From assembly GCF_947503855.1 (NCBI RefSeq), contig NZ_CANNFF010000011.1, positions 71,038 to 135,037 on the forward strand: a stretch of 64,000 nucleotides of DNA. Direction: 5' to 3'. Positions 9,364 through 18,284 of this stretch are shown piece after piece; within the stretch, counting starts at the first letter, position 1; each line of letters starts with the position of its first letter. The notes under the pieces are model-generated. The model saw only the letters and a program-made list of their open reading frames with translations, searched no databases and was not told where the DNA came from. This DNA is from an uncultured Polaribacter sp. Lineage in GTDB: Bacteria > Bacteroidota > Bacteroidia > Flavobacteriales > Flavobacteriaceae. The position numbers and the translations under genes were made by a program.

Positions 9364-10239
9364 ATGAACAAGCAACAGCAAAAATGGCTATACCTTATCT
9401 TACTTTCATTGGTTTGGGGTAGTTCTTTTATTTTGATGAAAAAAGCATTGTTAGGCGTAACTCCCATACAATTAGGTGCTTTAAGAATGTTGTTTACAGC
9501 CATTTTTTTGCTTTCTATTGCACCAAGATCGTTAAAGAAAATTCAAAAAAAGCATTATAAATATATCTTTTATACTTCGCTTACAGGAACGTTTATACCT
9601 GGTTTTTTGTTTGCTTTTGCCATTACAACTATAGATAGTTCTATTGTTTCTATTTTAAATTCTTTAACACCATTTTTTACACTCATTTTTGGAGCCATAT
9701 TATTTGGTTTTGCATTTAAAAGAAATCAGTTATTAGGTATTTTAATTGGTTTGGTAGGGACTTTAATTTTGATTTTAAAAGGAGCTGAATTAAATCCAAA
9801 TCAGAATTATTGGTATGCTGTATTAATTATTATAGCCTCTTTTGGTTATGCTTTAAATGCCAACATGGTTAAAAAGTATTTGTACGATTTAAATGCATTA
9901 TCTATCGTAACAGGTAATTTTTTATTGTTGCTTGTACCAGCATTTATAGTACTATTTTTTACAGATTTTTTTACCACTTTTCATTTTCAAAATAAAGTTT
10001 TAATGCAGTCTTTAGGATATTTAGTAATTCTCTCTGTGGTTGGTACAGGAATAGCAAAAACTATTTATAATAAGTTAGTACATATTTCAGATCCTGTTTT
10101 TTCATCTTCTGTAACTTATTTAATTCCTTTAGTGGCTATTTTTTGGGGTCTTTTAGATGGCGAAAAGCTAAGTTTAATTCAGATATTTTCGGGTGTAATT
10201 ATTTTGGTGGGTGTTTATTTGGTAAATAAGAAGAAGTAA
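9364..10239 (+). CDS. EamA/DMT-family transporter
   Basis: About 10 TM segments. Duplicated EamA-like halves (LVWGSSFILMKKAL ... GVIILVGVYLV). Confidence 0.8.
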   Translation: MNKQQQKWLYLILLSLVWGSSFILMKKALLGVTPIQLGALRMLFTAIFLLSIAPRSLKKIQKKHYKYIFYTSLTGTFIPGFLFAFAITTIDSSIVSILNSLTPFFTLIFGAILFGFAFKRNQLLGILIGLVGTLILILKGAELNPNQNYWYAVLIIIASFGYALNANMVKKYLYDLNALSIVTGNFLLLLVPAFIVLFFTDFFTTFHFQNKVLMQSLGYLVILSVVGTGIAKTIYNKLVHISDPVFSSSVTYLIPLVAIFWGLLDGEKLSLIQIFSGVIILVGVYLVNKKK

Positions 10240-10296
10240 TTTTAAGTTCAACGTTCAAAGATCAAAGTTTATTTTTTAAAAATTAAAAACAAAAAA

Positions 10297-10324
10297 AGAG
10301 CCAAAAATTAATTTTTGACTCTCT
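10297..10324. terminator. Bidirectional intrinsic terminator
   Basis: AGAGCCAAAAATT/AATTTTTGACTCT inverted repeat (one mismatch) with an A-run upstream, between convergent genes. Confidence 0.55.
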
Positions 10325-10350
10325 GTATTTATTTTGATTTCTAATTTTGA

Positions 10351-12399
10351 TTATTCAAAATCAGCATCAGAAACCCCTTCATTTACTTTTATTTCTTTCA
10401 CAGTAAGATTTAGGTCTACTGGTCCCATTTTGGTTGAAATAGTATGTGGAAACAGAATTCCACTTACTTCTTTATAATCAGAAAAGTTGGTTGGTGTTTT
10501 CCCCTCTTTTCCATCAGGAGTTTTTGTTATTTTAACTTCCTTTATTTTTAAACCAGAAGCCATATCATAAAAAATTTCTGTATCGTTATATTTTAAAACG
10601 ATAGCATTTTCACCTTCAATTGGCTCTATTCTAAGCAATTCTCCTGCATTGTAATGTAAGTCGCTAAACAATGTATTAGACGCTTTAGCTTCTGCAATTT
10701 GTGCTGGTTGCATGTCTATTTTTTGTCCTCTAGCTTCTTGATAACCATTTTCGCCATTAAAAACCATTTTCTGCATTGTGTTTCCCATTACAGAAATAAC
10801 TAAAGATGTTTTGTTTGGTTCTGCAGCCTTTGTAGTCATAACAATTGGAGTACCTTGAATGGTTGCGTTTGCTAAAGTCATCTTAGTTTTTACAGCCATA
10901 ACTTTGTCTTTACCACCAATGGCTTCAAAATACTTATTTACTACAGTTTCAGCAGTCATTCCTTCAGGAATTGGCATTGTCATTGCAGGTTTTTCTGTTG
11001 GGTTTCCTTCTTTGTCAAAATAATTAATTACATAATCTGTTTTTTCAAGATTTTTAAGAACTTCAATTCCCTTTCCTGTAACTACAATTCTTGCTTTATC
11101 TCCTCTAAAGTATTTAATTGCAGCATTTTGTACATCGTCTAAAGTTACGGCTTTTACATTTTTTATGTAGTTTGCATAAAAATCTTTTGGTAAGTTGTAA
11201 CGTGCAATATTTAATGCAAAATTAGCTACCGTTCTTGGTTTTTGAACATCCATTACAAAACCACCAATATATTCTTCTTTAGAATTTTCTAATTCTTCTG
11301 CAGTAACTTTTTGGTAACGTATTCTGTTAATTTCTTTTTGTAATTCTACCACAGAACTATCTGTAACCATATTTCTAACACTAGCAGTTGCTCTAAAAGT
11401 ACCAGCATATCTGCTTTGTCTTAAACTAGAATAAGAGCCATAAGTGTATCCTTTATCTTCTCGTAAATTCATAAATAAACGTGCAGTACCACCACCACCA
11501 AGTATGTTGTTAGCTATTAAAGCAGCATAGTAATCTTTATCTCCTAAAGTTAAATCGACATTGTTAATAATTGCAATTTCAGATTGAACAGCATTGTCCA
11601 TATTTACAAAATTAATTTCTGTAGTAGCAACATTTTTGGTTACTGGCATAGTGTACGCAGGAATTGTTCCTTTTTCCCAATCTGCAAATAGAGATTTTAC
11701 TAATTTTTTTATTTTTTTGGTATCAATATCCCCTTCAATTACTAAATACGCATTGTTGGGTCTGTAATAAGTATTGTAGTTGTTTTTAATGTCTTTTAAG
11801 GTAATTTTTTTCACACTTTCTTTAGATGTAAATTCTCCCAAAGGATGATTTCTACCATATGTTAATACATTTTCTACGCGCCTAGCTGCAGCAGTTACAC
11901 TTTTTTCGCTAGATTTTAAGCCATCTAAAGTAACTTGCACCTCTTTATCAAACTCTTCTTTTGTAAATTGAGAGTTTTTTACACCATCTGCCATTAACTC
12001 TAAGATCTCTGGGAAATATTTTTTTAGAGAAGATGCAAAAGCACCAGAACTAAAAAAAGAAACGTTAGCTCCTAAAAAGTCTACTTTTTCATTAAACTCA
12101 TCTTTAGTAATATTAGAAGTTCCTCTTCCCAATAAACTACCCATCATGCTAGAAACTCCAGCAATTTCTCCTTCTAAATAAGGTTTATTGTCTATAGTTA
12201 AACTTGCAGAAGCTCTTGGTAGTTTGTTGTTTTCTACCATAATTACTTTTAAACCATTTTTTAAGGTAAAAGTTTTTGGTTTTCCTAATTTTATTACAGG
12301 ATCTGGACCAGCTTCTGGCATTTTACTTCTATCTATTTGTGCCTGTACAGTTAAAGACAGCATACATAGTGTTATAAAATATATTATTTTTGTTTTCAT
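10351..12399 (-). CDS. M16-family (pitrilysin-like) peptidase, probably the non-catalytic partner, with ~230-aa C-terminal extension
   Basis: Signal peptide. M16 N- and C-domain-like sequence without an HxxEH zinc motif. Immediately downstream of an HxxEH-containing M16 gene. Confidence 0.75.
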   Translation of the reverse strand: MKTKIIYFITLCMLSLTVQAQIDRSKMPEAGPDPVIKLGKPKTFTLKNGLKVIMVENNKLPRASASLTIDNKPYLEGEIAGVSSMMGSLLGRGTSNITKDEFNEKVDFLGANVSFFSSGAFASSLKKYFPEILELMADGVKNSQFTKEEFDKEVQVTLDGLKSSEKSVTAAARRVENVLTYGRNHPLGEFTSKESVKKITLKDIKNNYNTYYRPNNAYLVIEGDIDTKKIKKLVKSLFADWEKGTIPAYTMPVTKNVATTEINFVNMDNAVQSEIAIINNVDLTLGDKDYYAALIANNILGGGGTARLFMNLREDKGYTYGSYSSLRQSRYAGTFRATASVRNMVTDSSVVELQKEINRIRYQKVTAEELENSKEEYIGGFVMDVQKPRTVANFALNIARYNLPKDFYANYIKNVKAVTLDDVQNAAIKYFRGDKARIVVTGKGIEVLKNLEKTDYVINYFDKEGNPTEKPAMTMPIPEGMTAETVVNKYFEAIGGKDKVMAVKTKMTLANATIQGTPIVMTTKAAEPNKTSLVISVMGNTMQKMVFNGENGYQEARGQKIDMQPAQIAEAKASNTLFSDLHYNAGELLRIEPIEGENAIVLKYNDTEIFYDMASGLKIKEVKITKTPDGKEGKTPTNFSDYKEVSGILFPHTISTKMGPVDLNLTVKEIKVNEGVSDADFE

Positions 12400-12435
12400 A
12401 ATTTATGTCTTTGTGTTATAAATCAGTAATCGATT

Positions 12436-13749
12436 TTATTTTTCTTTTGGTAAATATTCTAACGTTAATCTCTGATTAGGATTTAAATATTTTTTTGCAA
12501 CATCTCTTATTTCTTCTCTAGTAATAGATCTAAAAATATCAATCTCTGTGTTTATTAGATTTGTATCACCATACAAAACATTGTAACGTGCCAAAGAGTT
12601 TGCAATACCTTCTACACTAGAATTAGAGTTTACAAAATTATTTTCGAACTGATTTTGTAATTTTTGATAATCTTTTTCTGAAATTAAATCTGTTTGCATC
12701 TTTACAATTTCTTCGTCGATTTCTTTTATAATATCTGCTAATTTAGTTTCACCTTGTGGTAAACCATATAAAATATAAGTTCCATAATCCTCTTGACTCG
12801 CGTTAATTGCACCTGCTTGCAATGCCATTTTTTTATCATCTACTAATTTTTTGTACAAAACAGAACTTCTACCAGAACTTAAATAAGAAGAAATCATATC
12901 TAAAACTCTAGAGTCTCTAGTTTTCATAGAAGGTGTTCTATAAGCAGCCATAATTGCTGGTATTTGAATATTTGGGTCATATCCTTTAGCCGTCATTGGC
13001 TCTGTAATAGGATCTTCTTTAGGGAAGTTCTTTGTAACCTCTGCACCTCTTGGTATTGGACCAAAATAATCTTCTACCATTTTTTTTGTGGTAGTAAAAT
13101 CTATATCTCCAGCAACAACTAAAGTTGCGTTGTTTGGTACATAAAACTTTTTATTAAAAGCTAAAAATTCATCTAGAGTGGCAGCATCTAAATGCTCCAT
13201 TTTACCAATAGTAGTCCCTTTATAAGGATGTTTTTTAAAGATGTTTTCTTTAACATATTCTAAAAAACGAGAATAAGGTTGATTGTCTACACGTAACCTT
13301 TTTTCTTCTTTTACAACTTCATTCTGTGTATCTACACCCTCTTTTTTTATAATTGGGTGTAACAAACGCTCAGACTCCATCCACAAACCTAATTCTAGTT
13401 TATTAGATGGGAAAATCTCATAATAATACGTTCTATCGTCTGTAGTATTTGCATTATTTCTACCACCATTGGAGGAAACTATTTTAAACCATTCTCCTTT
13501 TTTAATATTTTTAGTTCCTTCAAAAAGAAGGTGTTCAAAAAAGTGAGCCATTCCAGTTCTATCCGATTGCTCGTCTTTTGCACCAACATGATACATTACA
13601 GAGGTTACAACTACTGGTGCAGAAGTGTCTTTGTGCAAAATTACATGCATACCATTATCTAAATCATACTCCTCAAATTCTACTTTCTGTGCATTTGCAG
13701 ACAATGCAATTAACACAGCAAAAGCAAGAGTTAAAATACTTTTTTTCAT
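12436..13749 (-). CDS. M16-family zinc peptidase (catalytic subunit)
   Basis: Signal peptide. Inverted zincin motif HFFEHLLFEG. Confidence 0.85.
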   Translation of the reverse strand: MKKSILTLAFAVLIALSANAQKVEFEEYDLDNGMHVILHKDTSAPVVVTSVMYHVGAKDEQSDRTGMAHFFEHLLFEGTKNIKKGEWFKIVSSNGGRNNANTTDDRTYYYEIFPSNKLELGLWMESERLLHPIIKKEGVDTQNEVVKEEKRLRVDNQPYSRFLEYVKENIFKKHPYKGTTIGKMEHLDAATLDEFLAFNKKFYVPNNATLVVAGDIDFTTTKKMVEDYFGPIPRGAEVTKNFPKEDPITEPMTAKGYDPNIQIPAIMAAYRTPSMKTRDSRVLDMISSYLSSGRSSVLYKKLVDDKKMALQAGAINASQEDYGTYILYGLPQGETKLADIIKEIDEEIVKMQTDLISEKDYQKLQNQFENNFVNSNSSVEGIANSLARYNVLYGDTNLINTEIDIFRSITREEIRDVAKKYLNPNQRLTLEYLPKEK

Positions 13750-13922
13750 TTATTTTTTATTTAATTAATACTTGTTGATTTATTTGACGCCACCAAAATG
13801 AATTTGTTACAATTTGGAAACATATTGTTTGATTTTATCAAAAATAGTAAGAATATTAGTAAGCTAGAAAATTAATAGTATTTATTTGGCTGATTTTAAT
13901 GCTATTATTTTTTTAATCAGTG

Positions 13923-13952
13923 TTGTAGGATTGCAAAAAAAATGTATATTTG
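13923..13952 (+). promoter_or_regulatory. Bacteroidetes-type sigma-A promoter for rplU-rpmA (-33 TTG, -7 TATATTTG)
   Basis: TATATTTG at 13945-13952 matches TAnnTTTG. TTG at 13923-13925 lies 19 nt upstream. Located 60 nt before the rplU ATG. Confidence 0.65.
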
Positions 13953-14011
13953 CACCCGCATTTTAATCAAAAAAATGCAACTAATAAGTATAAATACGCA
14001 AAACAAATAGT

Positions 14012-14554
14012 ATGTACGCAATCGTAGAGATAGCAGGGCAGCAGTTTAAAGTAGCAAAAGACCAAAAAGTATACGTTCATCGTTTACCAGGAGAAGAAGG
14101 ATCAAAAGTAACTTTTGATAACGTTCTTTTAACTGATGATAATGGAACAATATCTATTGGCGCCCCAGCTATAGAAGGAGCCGCAGTAACGGCCAAAATT
14201 TTAGGTCACTTAAAAGGTGATAAAGTAATCGTTTTCAAAAAGAAAAGAAGAAAAGGTTACAGAAAGAAAAATGGACACAGACAAGCTTTAAGTGAGATTC
14301 AGATAGAATCTATTGCTACAAGCGGTGCAAAAAAATCAGCAAAAAAAGAAGCTGCTCCTAAAAAAGAAGTTGCTTCTAAAAAGGTAGCTGCTCCAAAAAA
14401 GGAAGTTGCTCCTAAAGCTGAGGTAAAAGAAGCTGCAACAACAGATTATAGTTCTATGACTGTTGCTCAATTAAAAGTTGCTGCAAAAGAAGCAGGTATC
14501 AAAGGATATACTTCTTTAAAGAAAGCAGAATTAATTGAAGCTTTAACTAAATAA
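14012..14554 (+). CDS. rplU: 50S ribosomal protein L21 with 78-aa C-terminal extension (Lys/Ala/Pro repeats plus Rho_N/SAP-like motif)
   Basis: MYAIVEIAGQQFKV... and GHRQ are the L21 core. Followed by rpmA. Tail is AAPKKEVASKKV/AAPKKEVAPKAEV then MTVAQLKVAAKEAGIKGYTSLKKAELIEAL. Confidence 0.95.
   Translation: MYAIVEIAGQQFKVAKDQKVYVHRLPGEEGSKVTFDNVLLTDDNGTISIGAPAIEGAAVTAKILGHLKGDKVIVFKKKRRKGYRKKNGHRQALSEIQIESIATSGAKKSAKKEAAPKKEVASKKVAAPKKEVAPKAEVKEAATTDYSSMTVAQLKVAAKEAGIKGYTSLKKAELIEALTK
14351..14425 (+). repeat. In-frame tandem 36/39-nt repeat inside the rplU extension
   Basis: GCTGCTCCTAAAAAAGAAGTTGCTTCTAAAAAGGTA followed by GCTGCTCCAAAAAAGGAAGTTGCTCCTAAAGCTGAGGTA. Confidence 0.85.
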
Positions 14555-14581
14555 AAATTTCAATTTTAAAACCATATTATC

Positions 14582-14842
14582 ATGGCACATAAAAAAGGAG
14601 TAGGTAGTTCGAAAAACGGTAGAGAATCAGAATCGAAACGACTTGGAGTAAAAATATTTGGAGGACAAGCTGCAATTGCAGGTAACATTATAGTTCGTCA
14701 AAGAGGTACAACACACAATCCAGGAGAAAACGTTTACATGGGTAAAGATCATACTTTACATGCAAAGGTTGATGGAATTGTAGAATTCGAAAAGAAAAGA
14801 AATAACAGATCTTATGTATCTGTTACTCCATTTGAGGCTTAA
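14582..14842 (+). CDS. rpmA: 50S ribosomal protein L27
   Basis: [24 protein letters not shown]... is the canonical L27 N-terminus. Confidence 0.97.
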   Translation: MAHKKGVGSSKNGRESESKRLGVKIFGGQAAIAGNIIVRQRGTTHNPGENVYMGKDHTLHAKVDGIVEFEKKRNNRSYVSVTPFEA

Positions 14843-14865
14843 GAAATAAATTTTAAAAAAATAGT

Positions 14866-14897
14866 AAAGCCCAAACATTTTTAATGTTTGGGCTTTT
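14866..14897 (+). terminator. Intrinsic terminator after rpmA
   Basis: AAAGCCCAAACATT-ttt-AATGTTTGGGCTTT followed by T-rich sequence. Confidence 0.8.
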
Positions 14898-14912
14898 GCT
14901 TTTATAAATAAT

Positions 14913-16226
14913 ATGTTTTGTACTTTTACAGGCATGAAATTCTTGTACAACCTTGCAATTTTTTTAACCTCTATTTTACTACCCATTGTAGCAATTTTTA
15001 GTAAAAAATTAAAACTTTTTGTAGAAGGTAGAAAGCAAACTTTTTCTAAAATAGAGACCTTAAAAAATAAAAAAGTTATTTGGTTTCATGCAGCTTCTTT
15101 AGGCGAATTTGAGCAAGCAAGACCTATCATAGAACAACTTAAAAATAAGGGAAAAAATTATAAAATAGTAGTTACTTTTTTCTCGCCCTCAGGGTATGAG
15201 ATTCGTAAAGATTATCCATTAGCAGATGTAGTTTGTTATTTACCATTAGACACTAAAAAAAACGCTAAAAGATTCATCAAAGAAGTAAATCCAAAACTAG
15301 CCGTTTTTATAAAATATGAATTTTGGCCAAATTTGTTAAACGAACTTAAAAATAAGGAGATTCCTACCATTTTAGTATCTGGTATTTTAAGAGAAAAACA
15401 ACTGTTCTTTAAAAGTTATGGTGGTTTTATGCGAAAATCTTTAAACGCTTTTCATCACTTTTTTGTGCAAGATGTAAATTCAGAAAAATTACTAAATTCC
15501 ATCAATTTTAAAAATGTTACAGTTGCAGGTGATTCTCGTTTTGATAGGGTTTCTAAAATTTTAAAACAAGACAATCATTTAGATTTTATTTCAGCATTTA
15601 AAGACAATAAATACACGATTGTAGCAGGTAGTACCTGGCAAGAAGATGAAGAATTATTAGTACATTATATCAATAATAAAGCCTCAGAAAACGAGAAATT
15701 TATCATTGCACCTCATACTATTAAAAGTGACTCTATTGAAGCTTTACAAAAAGCTATTAATAAAAAAAGTATTCTTTATTCTGATGTTATTTCGAGCTCA
15801 GTTGATAATTTTTTAGAATTAAAAGAAACGCAAGTATTTATCATTGATACCATAGGAATTTTAACCAAAATATACGCTGCTGCAGATTTGGCTTATGTTG
15901 GTGGAGGTTTAAAAACAGGGTTGCATAATATTTTAGAACCTGCAACTTTTGGTATTCCTGTTATGATTGGCTATAAATACGAAAAATTTAAAGAGGCTGT
16001 AGATTTGGTAAATATTGGAGGTTGCATTTCTATTAAAAATCAACAAGAGTTTACAGAAAATTTAGAGCATCTTAAAAATGATGCAAATTTTAGAAAGTTA
16101 ACAGGCACCATCAACAAAAAATATATTGCAGATAATTTAGGTGCCACAAAATTAATTATGAATTATATAAATAATCATTTAACAATGTTAGGTAAAACGC
16201 ATTCTAGCACTCAAAAAAACAAATAA
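14913..16226 (+). CDS. waaA: 3-deoxy-D-manno-octulosonic acid (Kdo) transferase
   Basis: WFHAASLGEFEQARPIIEQLK and the C-terminal GGSL-like region VGGGLKTGLHNILEPATFGIPV are typical of KdtA/WaaA. The start could instead be the ATG at 14934 (MKFLYNL...). Confidence 0.88.
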   Translation: MFCTFTGMKFLYNLAIFLTSILLPIVAIFSKKLKLFVEGRKQTFSKIETLKNKKVIWFHAASLGEFEQARPIIEQLKNKGKNYKIVVTFFSPSGYEIRKDYPLADVVCYLPLDTKKNAKRFIKEVNPKLAVFIKYEFWPNLLNELKNKEIPTILVSGILREKQLFFKSYGGFMRKSLNAFHHFFVQDVNSEKLLNSINFKNVTVAGDSRFDRVSKILKQDNHLDFISAFKDNKYTIVAGSTWQEDEELLVHYINNKASENEKFIIAPHTIKSDSIEALQKAINKKSILYSDVISSSVDNFLELKETQVFIIDTIGILTKIYAAADLAYVGGGLKTGLHNILEPATFGIPVMIGYKYEKFKEAVDLVNIGGCISIKNQQEFTENLEHLKNDANFRKLTGTINKKYIADNLGATKLIMNYINNHLTMLGKTHSSTQKNK

Positions 16227-16228
16227 CT

Positions 16229-16786
16229 ATGGATTTTATATTACAACCTTGGCCTTGGTATGTTGCAGGCCCGTTAATAGCACTTGTACTATTTTTAATG
16301 TTTTATTTTGGTAAAAAATTTGGGGTTTCTACAACCTTAGAAACCTTTTGTACTTTAAGTGGGGCAAACAAATTATCAAACTATTTTAAAAATGATTTAA
16401 AAACACAAAAATGGCGCTTGTTTTTTGCAGCTGGCATCTTTTTAGGTGGTGTTATTGCTGCAAATTTTTTAACTCCAAATCAGTCTGTAAATTTAAACCC
16501 AGATACAGTACTAGAAATGGCAAGTTTAGGTTTTGCAGATGGAGGAAAAACTTTTTTACCAAAAGAAATATTTAGTTTAGAAGCACTCTTATCCGTGAAA
16601 GGTTTTTTAATTTTAATTGGTGCTGGTTTTTTAATCGGTTTTGGGTCACGTTATGCAGGTGGTTGTACTTCTGGGCACTCTATAACTGGCTTAAGTAGTT
16701 TACAAATGCCTTCTTTAATTGCTACAATTGGTTTTTTTGTAGGCGGATTAATTATGACCTGGTTTTTAATTCCTTTAATTTTTTAG
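16229..16786 (+). CDS. YeeE/YedE-family membrane protein (sulfur-compound transport family), first half
   Basis: TM-rich. Conserved [14 protein letters not shown] motif. Starts 2 nt after the waaA stop. Confidence 0.8.
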   Translation: MDFILQPWPWYVAGPLIALVLFLMFYFGKKFGVSTTLETFCTLSGANKLSNYFKNDLKTQKWRLFFAAGIFLGGVIAANFLTPNQSVNLNPDTVLEMASLGFADGGKTFLPKEIFSLEALLSVKGFLILIGAGFLIGFGSRYAGGCTSGHSITGLSSLQMPSLIATIGFFVGGLIMTWFLIPLIF

Positions 16787-16833
16787 ACTATAATTAAGAT
16801 TTTATAAAATATCATAACTAAAAAAATATTTAA

Positions 16834-17247
16834 ATGAAAAATATCAAACTACTAATTTTAGGAATTTTATTCGGAATCGTCTTAAGCAAAGCAGAAATTA
16901 TATCTTGGTATAGAATTTACGAAATGTTTAAATTTCAATCTTTTCATATGTATGGCATTATTGGAAGTGCTGTTGTAATTTCATTTTTTTTAATGCAATT
17001 ATTTAAAAAAGGAATTATAAAAGATGAAGCTGGAAATAAAATTAAAATACAAGAAAAAGAAAAAGACTTTAAAAGAACTTTTTTTGGAGGAACAATTTTT
17101 GGTTTAGGGTGGGCATTATCAGGTGCTTGTGCAGCCCCATTATTTGCACTTTTAGGCTATAGTTTTTTACCAGCATTCATAGTTTTAATTGGTGCAATTT
17201 TAGGTGCATTTGTATTTGGACTAGTAAGTAAAAAGCTACTTAATTAA
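16834..17247 (+). CDS. YeeE/YedE-family membrane protein, second half
   Basis: TM-rich. GWALSGACAAPLF motif. Its stop TAA overlaps the moaA ATG (TAATG at 17245-17249). Confidence 0.75.
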   Translation: MKNIKLLILGILFGIVLSKAEIISWYRIYEMFKFQSFHMYGIIGSAVVISFFLMQLFKKGIIKDEAGNKIKIQEKEKDFKRTFFGGTIFGLGWALSGACAAPLFALLGYSFLPAFIVLIGAILGAFVFGLVSKKLLN

Positions 17248-18239
17248 TGAGTAAATTAACAGACAATTTTGGTAGACAGATAGAATATGTTCGTCTTGCT
17301 GTTACAGATCGTTGTAATTTGCGTTGCCAATATTGTATGCCTGCTCACGGAATAGAAATTTTACCTAGGCAAGAGTTACTCACCTTTAAAGAAATGTATC
17401 GTTTAATTCGTGTTTTAACAGAATTAGGCGTTAAAAAAGTACGTTTAACTGGTGGCGAACCTTTTGTTCGTAAAGATTTTGTGGGTTTTTTAGAAATGTT
17501 GTCTTACAACGATTTGTTAGATGCCATTAATATTACTACAAATGGCGCTTTAATCTCACATCACCTAGATAAAATTGAGCAACTAAAAAATGTAAAAAAC
17601 ATCAATTTAAGTATTGATAGTTTACAACGAGATAAATTTTTGAAAATAACCAGAAGAGATGTGTTTCCAGAAGTATATAAAACTTTTGAATTGCTAGAAA
17701 AAAGCAACTTAAATTTAAAGTTGAATGTAGTAGTACAGTCAGGCTTTAATACCGATGAAATTGTAGATTTTGTAAGACTCACAAAAGATAAAAATGTAGC
17801 GGTTCGTTTTATTGAAGAAATGCCTTTTAACGGAAAAGGTCAACGTGAAATGCAAGAAAATTGGACGTTTAAAAAAATCCTAGAAGAAATAAAAACCGAG
17901 TTTATAGTTGATGAAATTCAATCAGAAAAATCATCAACTTCTAGAAATTATAAAATAGAAAATCATCTAGGCACTGTAGGGATAATACCTGCATTTACAA
18001 GAACTATTTGTAATGATTGCAACCGAATTCGGATAACAAGCACAGGCACTTTTAAAAACTGTTTGTTTGATGATGGCGTTTTTAATTTGAGAGATTTTAT
18101 AAGAAATGGCGCTAGCAACAACGATTTAAAAGAGCTTTTTTTATCTTTAGTAAAAGAAAAACCAGAAAATGGTTTTATAGCAGAAGTAAATCGTAAAAAA
18201 GGCGATGTTTCTGAGAGTATGAGTACAATTGGAGGTTAG
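17247..18239 (+). CDS. moaA: GTP 3',8-cyclase (radical SAM, Moco biosynthesis)
   Basis: CNLRCQYCMP radical-SAM cluster motif. C-terminal CNDCNRIRITSTG and terminal GG. Confidence 0.93.
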   Translation: MSKLTDNFGRQIEYVRLAVTDRCNLRCQYCMPAHGIEILPRQELLTFKEMYRLIRVLTELGVKKVRLTGGEPFVRKDFVGFLEMLSYNDLLDAINITTNGALISHHLDKIEQLKNVKNINLSIDSLQRDKFLKITRRDVFPEVYKTFELLEKSNLNLKLNVVVQSGFNTDEIVDFVRLTKDKNVAVRFIEEMPFNGKGQREMQENWTFKKILEEIKTEFIVDEIQSEKSSTSRNYKIENHLGTVGIIPAFTRTICNDCNRIRITSTGTFKNCLFDDGVFNLRDFIRNGASNNDLKELFLSLVKEKPENGFIAEVNRKKGDVSESMSTIGG

Positions 18240-18284
18240 AAAAGTGTAATCGTATAAATGTTTAATTTTATAAACCAGTAGCCA

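Noticed and set aside
9306-9503. 65-aa reverse ORF overlapping the EamA transporter start.
   Set aside because: It overlaps the 5' end of a convincing 10-TM gene and the intergenic promoter region, and it has no motif.
16787-17246. A Moco riboswitch upstream of moaA.
   Set aside because: moaA has no leader, because its ATG overlaps the upstream stop. The 47-nt gap before the second YeeE/YedE gene and the 2-nt gap before the first are too short for the ~130-nt Moco RNA motif.
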